The notes beneath the pieces were generated by a model. The model was not told the origin of the DNA, did no database searches, and saw only the letters and a list, made by a program, of their open reading frames with translations. DNA of 64,000 bases, from assembly GCF_035938995.1 (NCBI RefSeq), contig NZ_DASZGI010000329.1, positions 54,535-118,534 on the forward strand, read 5' to 3'. This stretch comes from Actinocrinis sp. (lineage in GTDB: Bacteria; Actinomycetota; Actinomycetes; Streptomycetales; Catenulisporaceae). Shown here in pieces: positions 9,056 to 18,464 of the stretch. The position numbers were made by a program, and so were the translations under genes. The first letter of the stretch is position 1, and every line of letters starts with the position of its first letter.

Positions 9056-12000
9056 GTGACCGTGGAGAAGACATCACCCGTGCTCCGCCTTGGGACCGGG
9101 GCCGACCAGACGAGCGCGGCGTGCTCATACTGCGGGGTCGGCTGCGGCGTCGTGCTCGACATCGCCGAAGACGCCCACGGACTCCGCCGCGTCGTCAAGG
9201 TCTCAGGAGACAAGGCCCACCCGGCCAACGCCGGCCGACTGTGCACCAAGGGAGCGACGAGCGCGGAGATGTTGGCCGTTGGCGGCCGGCTCACCGAACC
9301 GCTGATCCGCGCGGAACGCGGCGCGGCGCCCGCGCCGACCTCGATGGACGACGCAGTCGCCGAGAGCGCGCGACGGCTGCGCGCGATCCTGGCCGAGCAC
9401 GGACCGGACGCGCTGGCGTTCTACGTCTCCGGCCAGATGACGCTCGAGGCCCAGTACCTCGCGAACAAGCTGGCCAAGGGCTTCGTGCGGACCAACCAGA
9501 TCGAGTCCAACTCGCGGCTGTGCATGGCCAGCGCGGGCAGCGGATACAAGCTCTCGCTCGGCGCGGACGGCCCGCCGGGTTCCTACGAGGACTTCGATCA
9601 GGCGGAGCTGTTCCTCGTCATCGGCTCGAACATGGCCGACTGCCACCCGATCCTGTTCCTGCGGATGATGGAGCGGGTCAAGGCGGGCGCGAAACTCATC
9701 GTCGTCGACCCGCGGCGCACCGCGACCGCGGCCAAGGCAGACCTCTTCCTCCAGATAAAGCCGGGCACGGATCTCGCCCTCCTCAACGGCCTGCTTCACC
9801 TGCTGGTGGAGCAGGGCGTGATCGACCAGGCGTTCATTGAGGAGCACACAGAAGGCTGGGCGCAGATGCCCGGCTTCCTGGAGGACTATCAGCCCACGAT
9901 GGTCGCCGGGACCACAGGGCTCGATGAGGCCGGCATCAGGCAAGCGGCGCAGTGGATCGCCGACGCGGGCCGGCGCTGGATGAGCTGCTGGACCATGGGC
10001 CTGAACCAGTCCACACACGGCACCTGGAACACCAACACGCTGATCAACCTGCACCTGGCGACCGGCGCGATCTGCCGCCCCGGTGCGGGCCCGTTCTCCC
10101 TGACCGGCCAGCCGAACGCCATGGGCGGACGCGAGATGGGCTACATGGGGCCGGGCCTTCCCGGGCAGCGCTCGGTGCTCGACCCCGAAGACCGCGCCTT
10201 CACCGAAGCGCTCTGGGACCTGCCGCCGGGCACGCTGCGCACGGACGTCGGCCGCGGCACGATCGAGATGTTCGAGCGCATGGCCGCCGGGGAGATCAAG
10301 GCCTGCTGGATCATCTGCACCAACCCCGTCGCCTCCGTCGCCAACCGCAGAACCGTGATCGAAGGGCTCGAAGCCGCCGAGCTGGTGGTGACCCAGGACG
10401 CCTTTGCGGAAACCGAGACCAACGCATACGCCGACATCGCCCTGCCCGCGGCGCTGTGGACCGAGGCCGAGGGCGTCATGGTGAACTCCGAGCGGAACCT
10501 GACCCTGAATCGGCAGGCGGTCGATCCGCCCGGCGAGGCCCGCCCCGACTGGCGGATCATCGCCGACATCGCCTGCGCGATGGGCTTCGCCGAGGCGTTC
10601 ACGTACGAGAGCGCTACGGAGGTTTTCGAGGAGCTCAAGCGGGCCTGGAACCCGAAAACCGGCTGGGACCTGCGCGGCGTCACCTACCAGCGACTATGCC
10701 GTACCCCGGTGCAGTGGCCCGCCGCACGCGAGGACGGCCCGGCGCGCAATCCCGTGCGGTATCTGAACGACGGCGTCAGCCAGAAGCTGCTGGAACGACC
10801 GGACGGGACCCGGCCGCGCCTGGCGTTCCCGACCTTGAGCGGCCGCGCCGTCTTCCACGCGCGCCCGCACCTGCCCGCCGCCGAACTGCCGGACGACGAC
10901 CACCCGTTCGTGCTCAACACCGGCCGGCTGCCGCACCAGTGGCACACGATGACGAAGACCGGCAAGATCGACAAGCTCACGAAGCTCAATCCCGGCCCGT
11001 TCGTGGAGATCCACCCGCAGGACGCGCAGCGGCTCGGGATCGCCGAGGGTGACCAGATCGAGGTGGCCTCGCGCCGCGGCCGGGCGGTGCTGCCCGCGCG
11101 CATCACGGATCGGGTGCGGCCGGGGGACTGCTTCGCCCCGTTCCATTGGAACGACCTGTTCGGAGAGTACTTGAGCGTGAACGCGGTGACGAACGACGCC
11201 GTCGACCCCGTCTCGTTCCAACCGGAGTTCAAGCACTGCGCCGTCACGCTGACCAAGGTCCCGGCCCCTGCGGAGGCACAACCCGTCCCGCAGGGCGGGC
11301 AACCGCGGCCGGTCCCGGCGTCGGCGTTCGATCTCGCCTCTCACCTCGGCCTTTCCACGCCGGCCCCGCCGGACTTCAACCCGATCGAGCAGCGCTACCT
11401 GACCGGCTTCCTCGCCGGGCTCGCCGCGGCACCGGATGCCTCCTGCGTACCGACGCTGCCGGCGAACGCGCCGCTCCATCCCGACAACGCGCTATGGGTC
11501 AACGGCCTGCTCGCTGGGGTCTACTCGCGTACGCGCATCGCCGTCGACGCACCTGCGCAGGCTCCCGCGACCGACGGTGCGCAGCCGATGCGCACGATCG
11601 CCGTCCTCTGGGCCTCCCAGACCGGGAACGCCGAGGCGATTGCACAGAAGACCTCCAGCACTCTGACCGACCGCGGTTTCCGCGTCTCGCTGACCAGCAT
11701 GGAACGCATCACTCTGGCAGACATCCGCCAACTGACCGACGTACTCGTCGTCACGAGCACGTACGGGGACGGAGACGCCCCGGACAACGGCAGCGAGTTC
11801 TGGCACGCCCTCGCGGCCGAGAACGCGCCGCGTCTGGAGAGCCTGCGCTATGCCGTGCTGGCCCTCGGCGACTCCGGCTACGCCGAGTTCTGCGGCCATG
11901 GCCGACGCCTGGACCAGCGGCTTTTCGAGCTCGGCGCCGAACGCCTGACCGCGCGGGTGGACTGCGAACCCGACTACGAGCCGACCGCCACGCAGTGGCT

Positions 12001-13213
12001 TACGCGTGTGGTCAGCCTGCTGGCCGATCCCCGGCCCACGCCATCGGTCGCGAGCAGACCAGCCCGGCCGACACGCGCCGAGCCGTTCGCCGCCCGCCTC
12101 ACCGCCAACCGCCTCTTGAGCCGACCCGGCGCGACGAAGGAAGTGCGCCAGTTCACCCTCGACACCGGCGGCGGATCGCTGGAGTACGAGGCGGGCGACG
12201 CGCTCGGCGTGTGGCCTGCCAACCGCCCGGACCTGGTCGAAGAATGGCTCGCCGCCACCGCGGTCGCCGCCGACGCCGAGGTGATCGTCGCGAATCAGGA
12301 CATGGGCCAGACCGCGACTCCGAACCCGGTGCCCTTCGCCGAGGCGCTGCGCCGACACCTCGACATCACACGCATCACCCCGGACCTGCTCCGCCTCGCC
12401 CTCGACCGCACCGGCGACCACGGTCTCAAGCGCCTGCTGCGGCAGGGCAACAAGGCGGAGACGGCCAAGTGGGCCTGGGGCAGGCAGGCGGTCGACGTGG
12501 TCCGGGAGTTCGGGCCGCGCCTGAGCGCGCAGGAATGGGCCGATCTGCTCAAGCCCCTGCAACCTAGGTTTTACTCGATCTCCTCAAGCCCGCTGACCGA
12601 CCCGGACCACATCGACGTCACCGTGTCGGTCGTGCGCTACACGGGATATCAAGGTCGCGCGAGGACGGGCGTCGCGTCAGGCTTCCTCGCCGACCTTGAC
12701 GCCGAAGCCGAGGCGGTGCCCGTCTTCGTCCGCCAAGCCCCGCACTTCAAGCCGCCCGCGGACCCCGACACTCCCGCGATCATGATCGGCCCCGGCACCG
12801 GCGTCGCCCCCTTCCTCGGCTTCCTCCACGACCGCCGCGAACGCGACCACCACGCCCCCAACTGGCTCTTCTTCGGCGAGCAGCGCCGAGCCACCGACTT
12901 CTACTACCGCGAGGAGCTCGAAGAACTCCGGCGCCACGGCACGCTCACCCGCCTCGACCTCGCCTTCTCGCGCGACCAACGCGAAAAGGTCTACGTGCAG
13001 GACCGCATGCACGAACACGCCGCCCAACTCTGGGCCTGGATCAGAGACGGCGCCCACGTCTACGTGTGCGGCGACGCCAGCCGCATGGCCAAAGACGTCG
13101 ACCAGGCCCTGCGCGACATCGCCACAGCCCACGGCAACCTCGACGCCGAAGAAGCGGGCGTCTACCTCAAAACCCTCGCCTCCGAGCGCCGGTACGCCCG
13201 CGACGTCTACTGA
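9056..13213 (+). CDS. assimilatory nitrate reductase (Mo-bisMGD) fused to a CysJ/CPR-like FMN-FAD-NADPH flavoprotein
   Basis: 1385 aa. Has an N-terminal 4Fe-4S motif (CSYCGVGCG) and molybdopterin oxidoreductase body. The C-terminal half carries flavodoxin ([13 protein letters not shown]), FAD (RFYSISSSP) and NADPH (GPGTGVAPF) motifs. Confidence 0.9.
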   Translation: MTVEKTSPVLRLGTGADQTSAACSYCGVGCGVVLDIAEDAHGLRRVVKVSGDKAHPANAGRLCTKGATSAEMLAVGGRLTEPLIRAERGAAPAPTSMDDAVAESARRLRAILAEHGPDALAFYVSGQMTLEAQYLANKLAKGFVRTNQIESNSRLCMASAGSGYKLSLGADGPPGSYEDFDQAELFLVIGSNMADCHPILFLRMMERVKAGAKLIVVDPRRTATAAKADLFLQIKPGTDLALLNGLLHLLVEQGVIDQAFIEEHTEGWAQMPGFLEDYQPTMVAGTTGLDEAGIRQAAQWIADAGRRWMSCWTMGLNQSTHGTWNTNTLINLHLATGAICRPGAGPFSLTGQPNAMGGREMGYMGPGLPGQRSVLDPEDRAFTEALWDLPPGTLRTDVGRGTIEMFERMAAGEIKACWIICTNPVASVANRRTVIEGLEAAELVVTQDAFAETETNAYADIALPAALWTEAEGVMVNSERNLTLNRQAVDPPGEARPDWRIIADIACAMGFAEAFTYESATEVFEELKRAWNPKTGWDLRGVTYQRLCRTPVQWPAAREDGPARNPVRYLNDGVSQKLLERPDGTRPRLAFPTLSGRAVFHARPHLPAAELPDDDHPFVLNTGRLPHQWHTMTKTGKIDKLTKLNPGPFVEIHPQDAQRLGIAEGDQIEVASRRGRAVLPARITDRVRPGDCFAPFHWNDLFGEYLSVNAVTNDAVDPVSFQPEFKHCAVTLTKVPAPAEAQPVPQGGQPRPVPASAFDLASHLGLSTPAPPDFNPIEQRYLTGFLAGLAAAPDASCVPTLPANAPLHPDNALWVNGLLAGVYSRTRIAVDAPAQAPATDGAQPMRTIAVLWASQTGNAEAIAQKTSSTLTDRGFRVSLTSMERITLADIRQLTDVLVVTSTYGDGDAPDNGSEFWHALAAENAPRLESLRYAVLALGDSGYAEFCGHGRRLDQRLFELGAERLTARVDCEPDYEPTATQWLTRVVSLLADPRPTPSVASRPARPTRAEPFAARLTANRLLSRPGATKEVRQFTLDTGGGSLEYEAGDALGVWPANRPDLVEEWLAATAVAADAEVIVANQDMGQTATPNPVPFAEALRRHLDITRITPDLLRLALDRTGDHGLKRLLRQGNKAETAKWAWGRQAVDVVREFGPRLSAQEWADLLKPLQPRFYSISSSPLTDPDHIDVTVSVVRYTGYQGRARTGVASGFLADLDAEAEAVPVFVRQAPHFKPPADPDTPAIMIGPGTGVAPFLGFLHDRRERDHHAPNWLFFGEQRRATDFYYREELEELRRHGTLTRLDLAFSRDQREKVYVQDRMHEHAAQLWAWIRDGAHVYVCGDASRMAKDVDQALRDIATAHGNLDAEEAGVYLKTLASERRYARDVY

Positions 13214-13388
13214 GGCCGCGGCGCCGGGCACGGTCGCGCGGCTGCGCTTCGACCCGGTGGGCCCGTGACCCGATCGTGGCTGCAAACGCCCCGGAAGGCC
13301 CGAGGATTCATGCAAGAATCCCCCGTATCCGCTTCAGGCAGCCGGCGATCAAGCTCCGGCCGGAGGAACGCGAGGGGGCGACCGCGGA

Positions 13389-14663
13389 GTGGAGCTACGG
13401 CCATCCCTCGACGCGGCTGCCACCGAAGAGCTGGTTGGCCTGCGGCCGCCGGACGGCGGCCCGCTGGACTGGAACGACGATCTGTGGGCGGACACGCGGA
13501 ACGATCTGGTGCGCGTGCCTCCTCCAGGCGCGGAAGACGTCACGGTCGTCCTGCCGCGCATCACGGATGAGGAAGAACGGCGCCCGGCCCAGTCGTTCGG
13601 GCTCCGGGAAGCCCTCGTCCTGACCGCCGTCGCAGCGCTTCAAATCGCACTGGCCTGGCGTGTGGTCGGCACTGCCGCCGCCGATCAGGCGGCGATGGTG
13701 AAGGCGGGGCACCAGGAGATCGCCTACCTGCTCCACGGCCGGCACATCACCCGTTACGAGACCGTGCTGCCGGGCGCCCCGGTGCTCTATCCGGTCCTTG
13801 CTGCGGCGTTCGATGCGTTCGGCGGGGCCCACGCCGTGCACGCCGTCAACCTCTTGTTTGCCGTGCTCGCCAACGTCGGCGTGTACTGCACCGCGCGGCG
13901 CTTCGACGGACCGGTAGCGGGCACGCTCGCGGCACTGCTGTTCGCGCTGCTGAGCCCGACGCAGCACCTCAGTGGGGCAGGTACCTACGACGCTCCAGCG
14001 ACGTGCCTGCTGGTCTGGTCAGCGTGTTTCGCGGTGAGATTCGCCTTCGCCGACGGCCGCCACGCCGTGTGGCTCGCGCCGGTGCTGATGCTGGCGGCGA
14101 ACTGGACGTCGTATCTCACAGTGCTCTGGGATCCGGTGATCTTCGCACTCATCGCGTTCGCCGGGCCGGGCTACTCCGCCTGGAAGACTTCGCGGGCGTG
14201 GAACGCTCAGCGCGTCGCCCTGGTGGCGGGCGTCCTCGCGGAGATCACCCTTCTCATCGGCCGGGCGCCGTCCTTCACCGGGATCGCGGCGACCGTGATG
14301 GACCGGTCGGCGTCCCACTCGACCACGCGGATCGTCCTCACACACTGCGCGCAATGGCTCTGGCCGGTGCTGGTTCCGGCTCTGCTCGGGGTGATCACGG
14401 CGGCTTGGCGGCTACAGCGCGGGGCCGCGGCGCGTGCCGATGTGGCTGTTTGCGCGACGCTCCTGGCCGCGGGACTCCTCGCCCCTCTCAACCAGCTGCG
14501 ATGGCACTCGCTGGACGGCGGCCTGTCGCACTGCGCGATCAGCGCGGCCTTCGCTGCCGTCGCGGCCGGTGTGTTCCTCCGGCGGCTCTGCTCGGCGGTG
14601 CGCGGGCGGTTATTGCAGCGGCAGGACGACGAGTTTCATCGGCTCAATACCCAGGCGGAATGA
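13389..14663 (+). CDS. polytopic integral membrane protein of unknown function (possibly GT-C-like)
   Basis: 424 aa. A charged N-terminal tail is followed by about 10 hydrophobic segments, with high GC3. The 3' end overlaps the convergent GH26 gene by 54 nt. No motif was recognised with certainty. Confidence 0.5.
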   Translation: MELRPSLDAAATEELVGLRPPDGGPLDWNDDLWADTRNDLVRVPPPGAEDVTVVLPRITDEEERRPAQSFGLREALVLTAVAALQIALAWRVVGTAAADQAAMVKAGHQEIAYLLHGRHITRYETVLPGAPVLYPVLAAAFDAFGGAHAVHAVNLLFAVLANVGVYCTARRFDGPVAGTLAALLFALLSPTQHLSGAGTYDAPATCLLVWSACFAVRFAFADGRHAVWLAPVLMLAANWTSYLTVLWDPVIFALIAFAGPGYSAWKTSRAWNAQRVALVAGVLAEITLLIGRAPSFTGIAATVMDRSASHSTTRIVLTHCAQWLWPVLVPALLGVITAAWRLQRGAAARADVAVCATLLAAGLLAPLNQLRWHSLDGGLSHCAISAAFAAVAAGVFLRRLCSAVRGRLLQRQDDEFHRLNTQAE

Positions 14664-15713
14664 CGCGAGCGTAGACGTGTCCGCGTCGAAGCCCCAGTCG
14701 GTGCCCGCGCCCTCCGCCTTCGTGTACTCGAACCAGATGAACCCGATGACGCCGCTCTGCTTGGGCAGCCAGGTCAGGAAGTCGGTGGTCCAGGCCGCCT
14801 TGAACGAACCGGGCTGACTGCCGATCTCGGTGATCAGCATCGGCTTCGAGGTGAACTTGCGGATCTGCTGGAGCGTGGGGTCGATCAGCTGCGGGGCGGT
14901 GTGCTCGGTCACGTCGTACGCCGACAAGCCGACCCAGTCCACGTAGGCGTCTCCGGGGTAGAGCTCCTTGAGCGGCGTCTTGGCGCTGCGGATGATGTTC
15001 GGCGCCCAGACCCAGATGACGTTGTCGGCGTGTTCGCGGGTGAAGATGTCGTGGATGTGCCGCCAGGCTTGGGCGTACTGGCCGGTGGTGTTGCCGTTGA
15101 CGCCTTCGGCCCAGGGGTACCAGTTGCCGTTCATCTCGTGGGCGAAGCGGATCGCGACGACCCATTTCGCGTCGCGCACCGCGTCGGCGAATTTCGCGAT
15201 GTACGCGTCGTGCGAGCCGTCGATGATGGTGGACAGCTTGTACTCGGGAAAGTTCACCTGCGTCGTGCGGGCGTTGCCGCCGGGGGAGGGCTCCCAGGTC
15301 AGCACCGGGAGCATCCCTTGAGCGTAGGCGTCCTGCACCGGGACGACGCTGAAGTCCTGCGTCCAGTTGACGAAGTACTCGACCATGTCGGGCGGGGTGC
15401 CCGCGGTCTGCGCGATCTGCGAGCCGGCGTTCGCCGACCACGGCATGTCCGGCTCGGCGACCCCGAAGTACTTGCCGCTCGTCGCCATGATCTGCGCCTT
15501 GGACGGAACGTTCGCCGGGAGCGCCGCACCGCCCGGGACGTTGATCGCCGGACCCGCGGCGGTGGAGGCATGCCCGGTCGCTGCGTTGGCCGCGGCGGTA
15601 TCGAGGCGGCTCGAGGTGTGCATCACCAGCGCCGTGAGGGACGCGAGCAGGAACACGTTGACGAACATCCAGATCCTGACCCGCTTCTGGCCGTCGGTCC
15701 GCCGCCTAGACAC
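14610..15713 (-). CDS. glycoside hydrolase family 26-like (beta-mannanase/endoglucanase fold), N-terminally anchored or secreted
   Basis: 367 aa with an N-terminal hydrophobic anchor. FAHEMNGNWYPW (acid/base region) and MLITEIGS (nucleophile region) match GH26-type signatures. Overlaps the GT2 stop by 8 nt. Confidence 0.7.
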   Translation of the reverse strand: MSRRRTDGQKRVRIWMFVNVFLLASLTALVMHTSSRLDTAAANAATGHASTAAGPAINVPGGAALPANVPSKAQIMATSGKYFGVAEPDMPWSANAGSQIAQTAGTPPDMVEYFVNWTQDFSVVPVQDAYAQGMLPVLTWEPSPGGNARTTQVNFPEYKLSTIIDGSHDAYIAKFADAVRDAKWVVAIRFAHEMNGNWYPWAEGVNGNTTGQYAQAWRHIHDIFTREHADNVIWVWAPNIIRSAKTPLKELYPGDAYVDWVGLSAYDVTEHTAPQLIDPTLQQIRKFTSKPMLITEIGSQPGSFKAAWTTDFLTWLPKQSGVIGFIWFEYTKAEGAGTDWGFDADTSTLASFRLGIEPMKLVVLPLQ

Positions 15714-17028
15714 TGATGTACACCGCCAAGAACAGCAGGACGCTTCCGAGCAGATAGGGGATCGCGACCAGCGGGTTGCGCGCCCGTTCGCCGGCGAAGC
15801 TGTCGGCGCGGGTGCCCCAGCCCGCGTTGTGCGCGCAGCGGAAGAAGCCGACCAGCCGGACCGGCAGCAGGATCAGGGTATTGATCGCCATGAAGACGGG
15901 CAGGAACAGGATGTCGCCGGGCCGGTGGGCGAAGTGGCGGCCGAACCGGGTGGAGACGGACAGCAGCGACAGGATGCCCCCGAGCGTCAGGATGAAGATC
16001 AGCGAGCCGAGGCCGCCGCCGGAGAACGGCAGCAGGCCGTAGATCTGCGGGCGGCTGCTGCGGGTCAGCGCCGCGGCCACCCACGAGGCGAGCGTGCCGA
16101 GCAGCACGAACGGCACGAGGATGTCCACGCCGTAGAAGACCGCGAGGAACCGGGCTTCGCGCAGCATCCACGGCATCATCCGCAGCGTGTTGTACTGCGA
16201 GCCGCGGGCCCACCGGTACTGCTGCTTGACCAGCTTCCTTATCTTGAGCGGCGCGTCCGTGTAGACCAGCGAACTGGCCTGGTAGACGGTCTTGTATCCG
16301 GCCATGAGCGCGTAGTTGGTCAGCGTCCGGTCGTCGCTGACCTCGAGGAAGACGCCGAGGAACTTCTCGCTCAGGAACCGGTCCATGCAGTCGAGCAGGA
16401 TCCGCCTGCGGAACGCGATGGTCCGGCCGGGCAGGCAGCCGACGGTGCCCAGCACGCTCATCGCGGGCATCGAGTACTCGCAGCGCACGCTCTCGAGCCA
16501 GTCCGCCCACCGGGTCAGCACCGACCGCTCCGGATCGAGGATGCGCTGGCGCGTGGTCACCCCGCCGACCTGGGGGTGGCGGAAGGGTTTGACCAGCTCG
16601 AAAAGCGTGCCGGGGGTCCAGATCGTGTCCGAGTCGACCAGGACCGCGATCTCGCCGCGGGTCCGCTCCAGGCCGATGCGCAGCGCGTTGCGCTTGCCCG
16701 GTATCTCGGTCCAGACCCAGGTCACGCCGACCTCGTCGCAGATCCGCTCGAGCACCTCGTTGCGCCGCCCGTTGATCACGACGACGACCTCGGTCGGCCC
16801 CTGCCCCACGATGCGGGACAGCACGTCGCTGAACAGGTCTTCCGGCTCGTCGACCACGGGGATGATGACCGAGGTCGTCCCGGACCACGGTTGCAGCCAC
16901 GGCCGATAGCGGCGCCTGAGCACGACGCGGATGATCCAGAGCGTCCAGACCAGCAGCATGAAGGCTGCGAAGGGATAGAAGTCGCCGTCGAACCACCAGC
17001 GGCGCAACTCCAGCAGGAACGCGAGCAT
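15706..17028 (-). CDS. processive family-2 glycosyltransferase, hyaluronan/chitin-synthase-like
   Basis: 440 aa with multiple TM segments. Carries DSDT (DxD), SDDRTLTNY (GDDRxLT-like) and QQYRWARG (QxxRW) motifs. Confidence 0.85.
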   Translation of the reverse strand: MLAFLLELRRWWFDGDFYPFAAFMLLVWTLWIIRVVLRRRYRPWLQPWSGTTSVIIPVVDEPEDLFSDVLSRIVGQGPTEVVVVINGRRNEVLERICDEVGVTWVWTEIPGKRNALRIGLERTRGEIAVLVDSDTIWTPGTLFELVKPFRHPQVGGVTTRQRILDPERSVLTRWADWLESVRCEYSMPAMSVLGTVGCLPGRTIAFRRRILLDCMDRFLSEKFLGVFLEVSDDRTLTNYALMAGYKTVYQASSLVYTDAPLKIRKLVKQQYRWARGSQYNTLRMMPWMLREARFLAVFYGVDILVPFVLLGTLASWVAAALTRSSRPQIYGLLPFSGGGLGSLIFILTLGGILSLLSVSTRFGRHFAHRPGDILFLPVFMAINTLILLPVRLVGFFRCAHNAGWGTRADSFAGERARNPLVAIPYLLGSVLLFLAVYISV

Positions 17029-17035
17029 CGGACCG

Positions 17036-18199
17036 CTAGTCCGTCGTGGCCGGGGTCGCGGCGCGGGGCGTGGCCAGGTGGTCGGACAGCCACGCCAGGG
17101 CGGGTCCGATCTCCACGCTCCAGGTGGCGAAGTTGTGCCCGCCCTCCGGCTCGGCGAGCGTGCTCACTTGCATCGGCGCCTTCGCCAGCGCCGCGAACTG
17201 CATCGTCGGCTGGTAGTTCGCCTCGCCGGTCTTGCTGGTGGTCAGCAGGGCGCTGACGGGCGGCGGCGGCAGGTGCTCGATCCGCCACATCAGGTCGTTC
17301 TCGTCGCGTACGTCCTGGCTGTTGGCGTAGAGCGTGCCGGTGGTGTGGTCCTGCAACGCGTCGAAGTAGCCGGAGATGTCCGCGGCGGCGGCGAACCGGT
17401 CGGAGTCCATCATGGCCAGCTTCAGCGCGCAGTAGCCGCCGGTGGACACGCCGATCAGCCCCCACCCCTTGGTCCACGTCATGACCCGGTAGGTGGAGTC
17501 GACCGCGGTGGGCAGATCCTGCGCCCAGAAGGTCTCGGTCTGCGGACCGCCCGGAACGTCCGTGCACTCGGTGTCCAGGCCGCCGACGACCTCCGGGGAG
17601 ACCATGATCAGCACCATCGGCCCGGCCTGCTTGGCGCGCATTTCTGCCAGCAACTGCTTGGGGAAGCCGAGGCTCGAGGACAGTTCGTCCGGTGTGCCGG
17701 GATAACCGGCGATCACGATCGCTGCGGGGAACTGCGTCTTCGCATACGACCTCTGAAAGTACTGAGGAGGCAGATAAACCTGGGCGGATTCAGATAAGCC
17801 GGTTCGCAGGCCATGGATGGCGACGTACTGAATCTCGCCGTAGCGCGACGGATCGGAGCCGCCGACCAACGCCGAGCCGCCGGTGGCGTGCACCGAGATC
17901 TGCGGCCCGACGACGCCCGCGGCCGCCGCGGCCGGCGCCTGATCGGCCACGGTGGCGGTGCCGCCCTGGACCGTCCCGAGCAGGTCGTCCCAGTTGGTGT
18001 AGAACTCGAACTGCTTGTTGACGACCGCCGCGAAGGCCGCGAGCACCGACAGCTGCGTGGCCAGCAGCAGGCCTATTCGACCGGCGAGATGGTCGGCCGA
18101 CCGTTTCGCGAGCTTGGGCCACGCCCGCAGCGTGCCGGCGAAGAACGCGGCAGCCAGGGCGATCGTCACCACCACCAGTGCCGAGCTGTCCGGGTTCAT
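17036..18199 (-). CDS. membrane-anchored alpha/beta-hydrolase, esterase (esterase D / antigen-85-like) family
   Basis: About 387 aa counted from ATG 18199, which is preceded by AAGGAGAG. Has N-terminal TM helices followed by an esterase-like domain (GVSTGGYCALKLAM serine motif). Its stop lies 7 nt upstream of the GT2 start codon on the same strand. Confidence 0.7.
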   Translation of the reverse strand: MNPDSSALVVVTIALAAAFFAGTLRAWPKLAKRSADHLAGRIGLLLATQLSVLAAFAAVVNKQFEFYTNWDDLLGTVQGGTATVADQAPAAAAAGVVGPQISVHATGGSALVGGSDPSRYGEIQYVAIHGLRTGLSESAQVYLPPQYFQRSYAKTQFPAAIVIAGYPGTPDELSSSLGFPKQLLAEMRAKQAGPMVLIMVSPEVVGGLDTECTDVPGGPQTETFWAQDLPTAVDSTYRVMTWTKGWGLIGVSTGGYCALKLAMMDSDRFAAAADISGYFDALQDHTTGTLYANSQDVRDENDLMWRIEHLPPPPVSALLTTSKTGEANYQPTMQFAALAKAPMQVSTLAEPEGGHNFATWSVEIGPALAWLSDHLATPRAATPATTD

Positions 18200-18426
18200 C
18201 GTTTGTGCGCTCTCCTTCGCCGACACAGAGCGCACCGAGACGCGGGAACCCCCACGGGTCGGCTGGGAAGACGGATGTTGCGCTCACGTCGTCTCAGGGC
18301 ACAAAACGGGAGCAGATTCGTATATTGCGTTTCGCCTTGCATGCCCTTGACCCCCTCAGCCGTTCACTGACGAGGAAGAGGCGCATCGCGCGGCGTATCC
18401 GTTACGCCGCCCAGGCTGCGGCACGG

Positions 18427-18456
18427 GGAGCCGGCGGCCACAGGACCGCCGGCTCC
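18427..18456 (-). terminator. hairpin terminator after the acyl-CoA dehydrogenase gene
   Basis: GGAGCCGGCGG - 8-nt loop - CCGCCGGCTCC, an 11-bp perfect stem that starts 8 nt past the stop at 18465. Confidence 0.55.
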
Positions 18457-18464
18457 TCGCGCCA

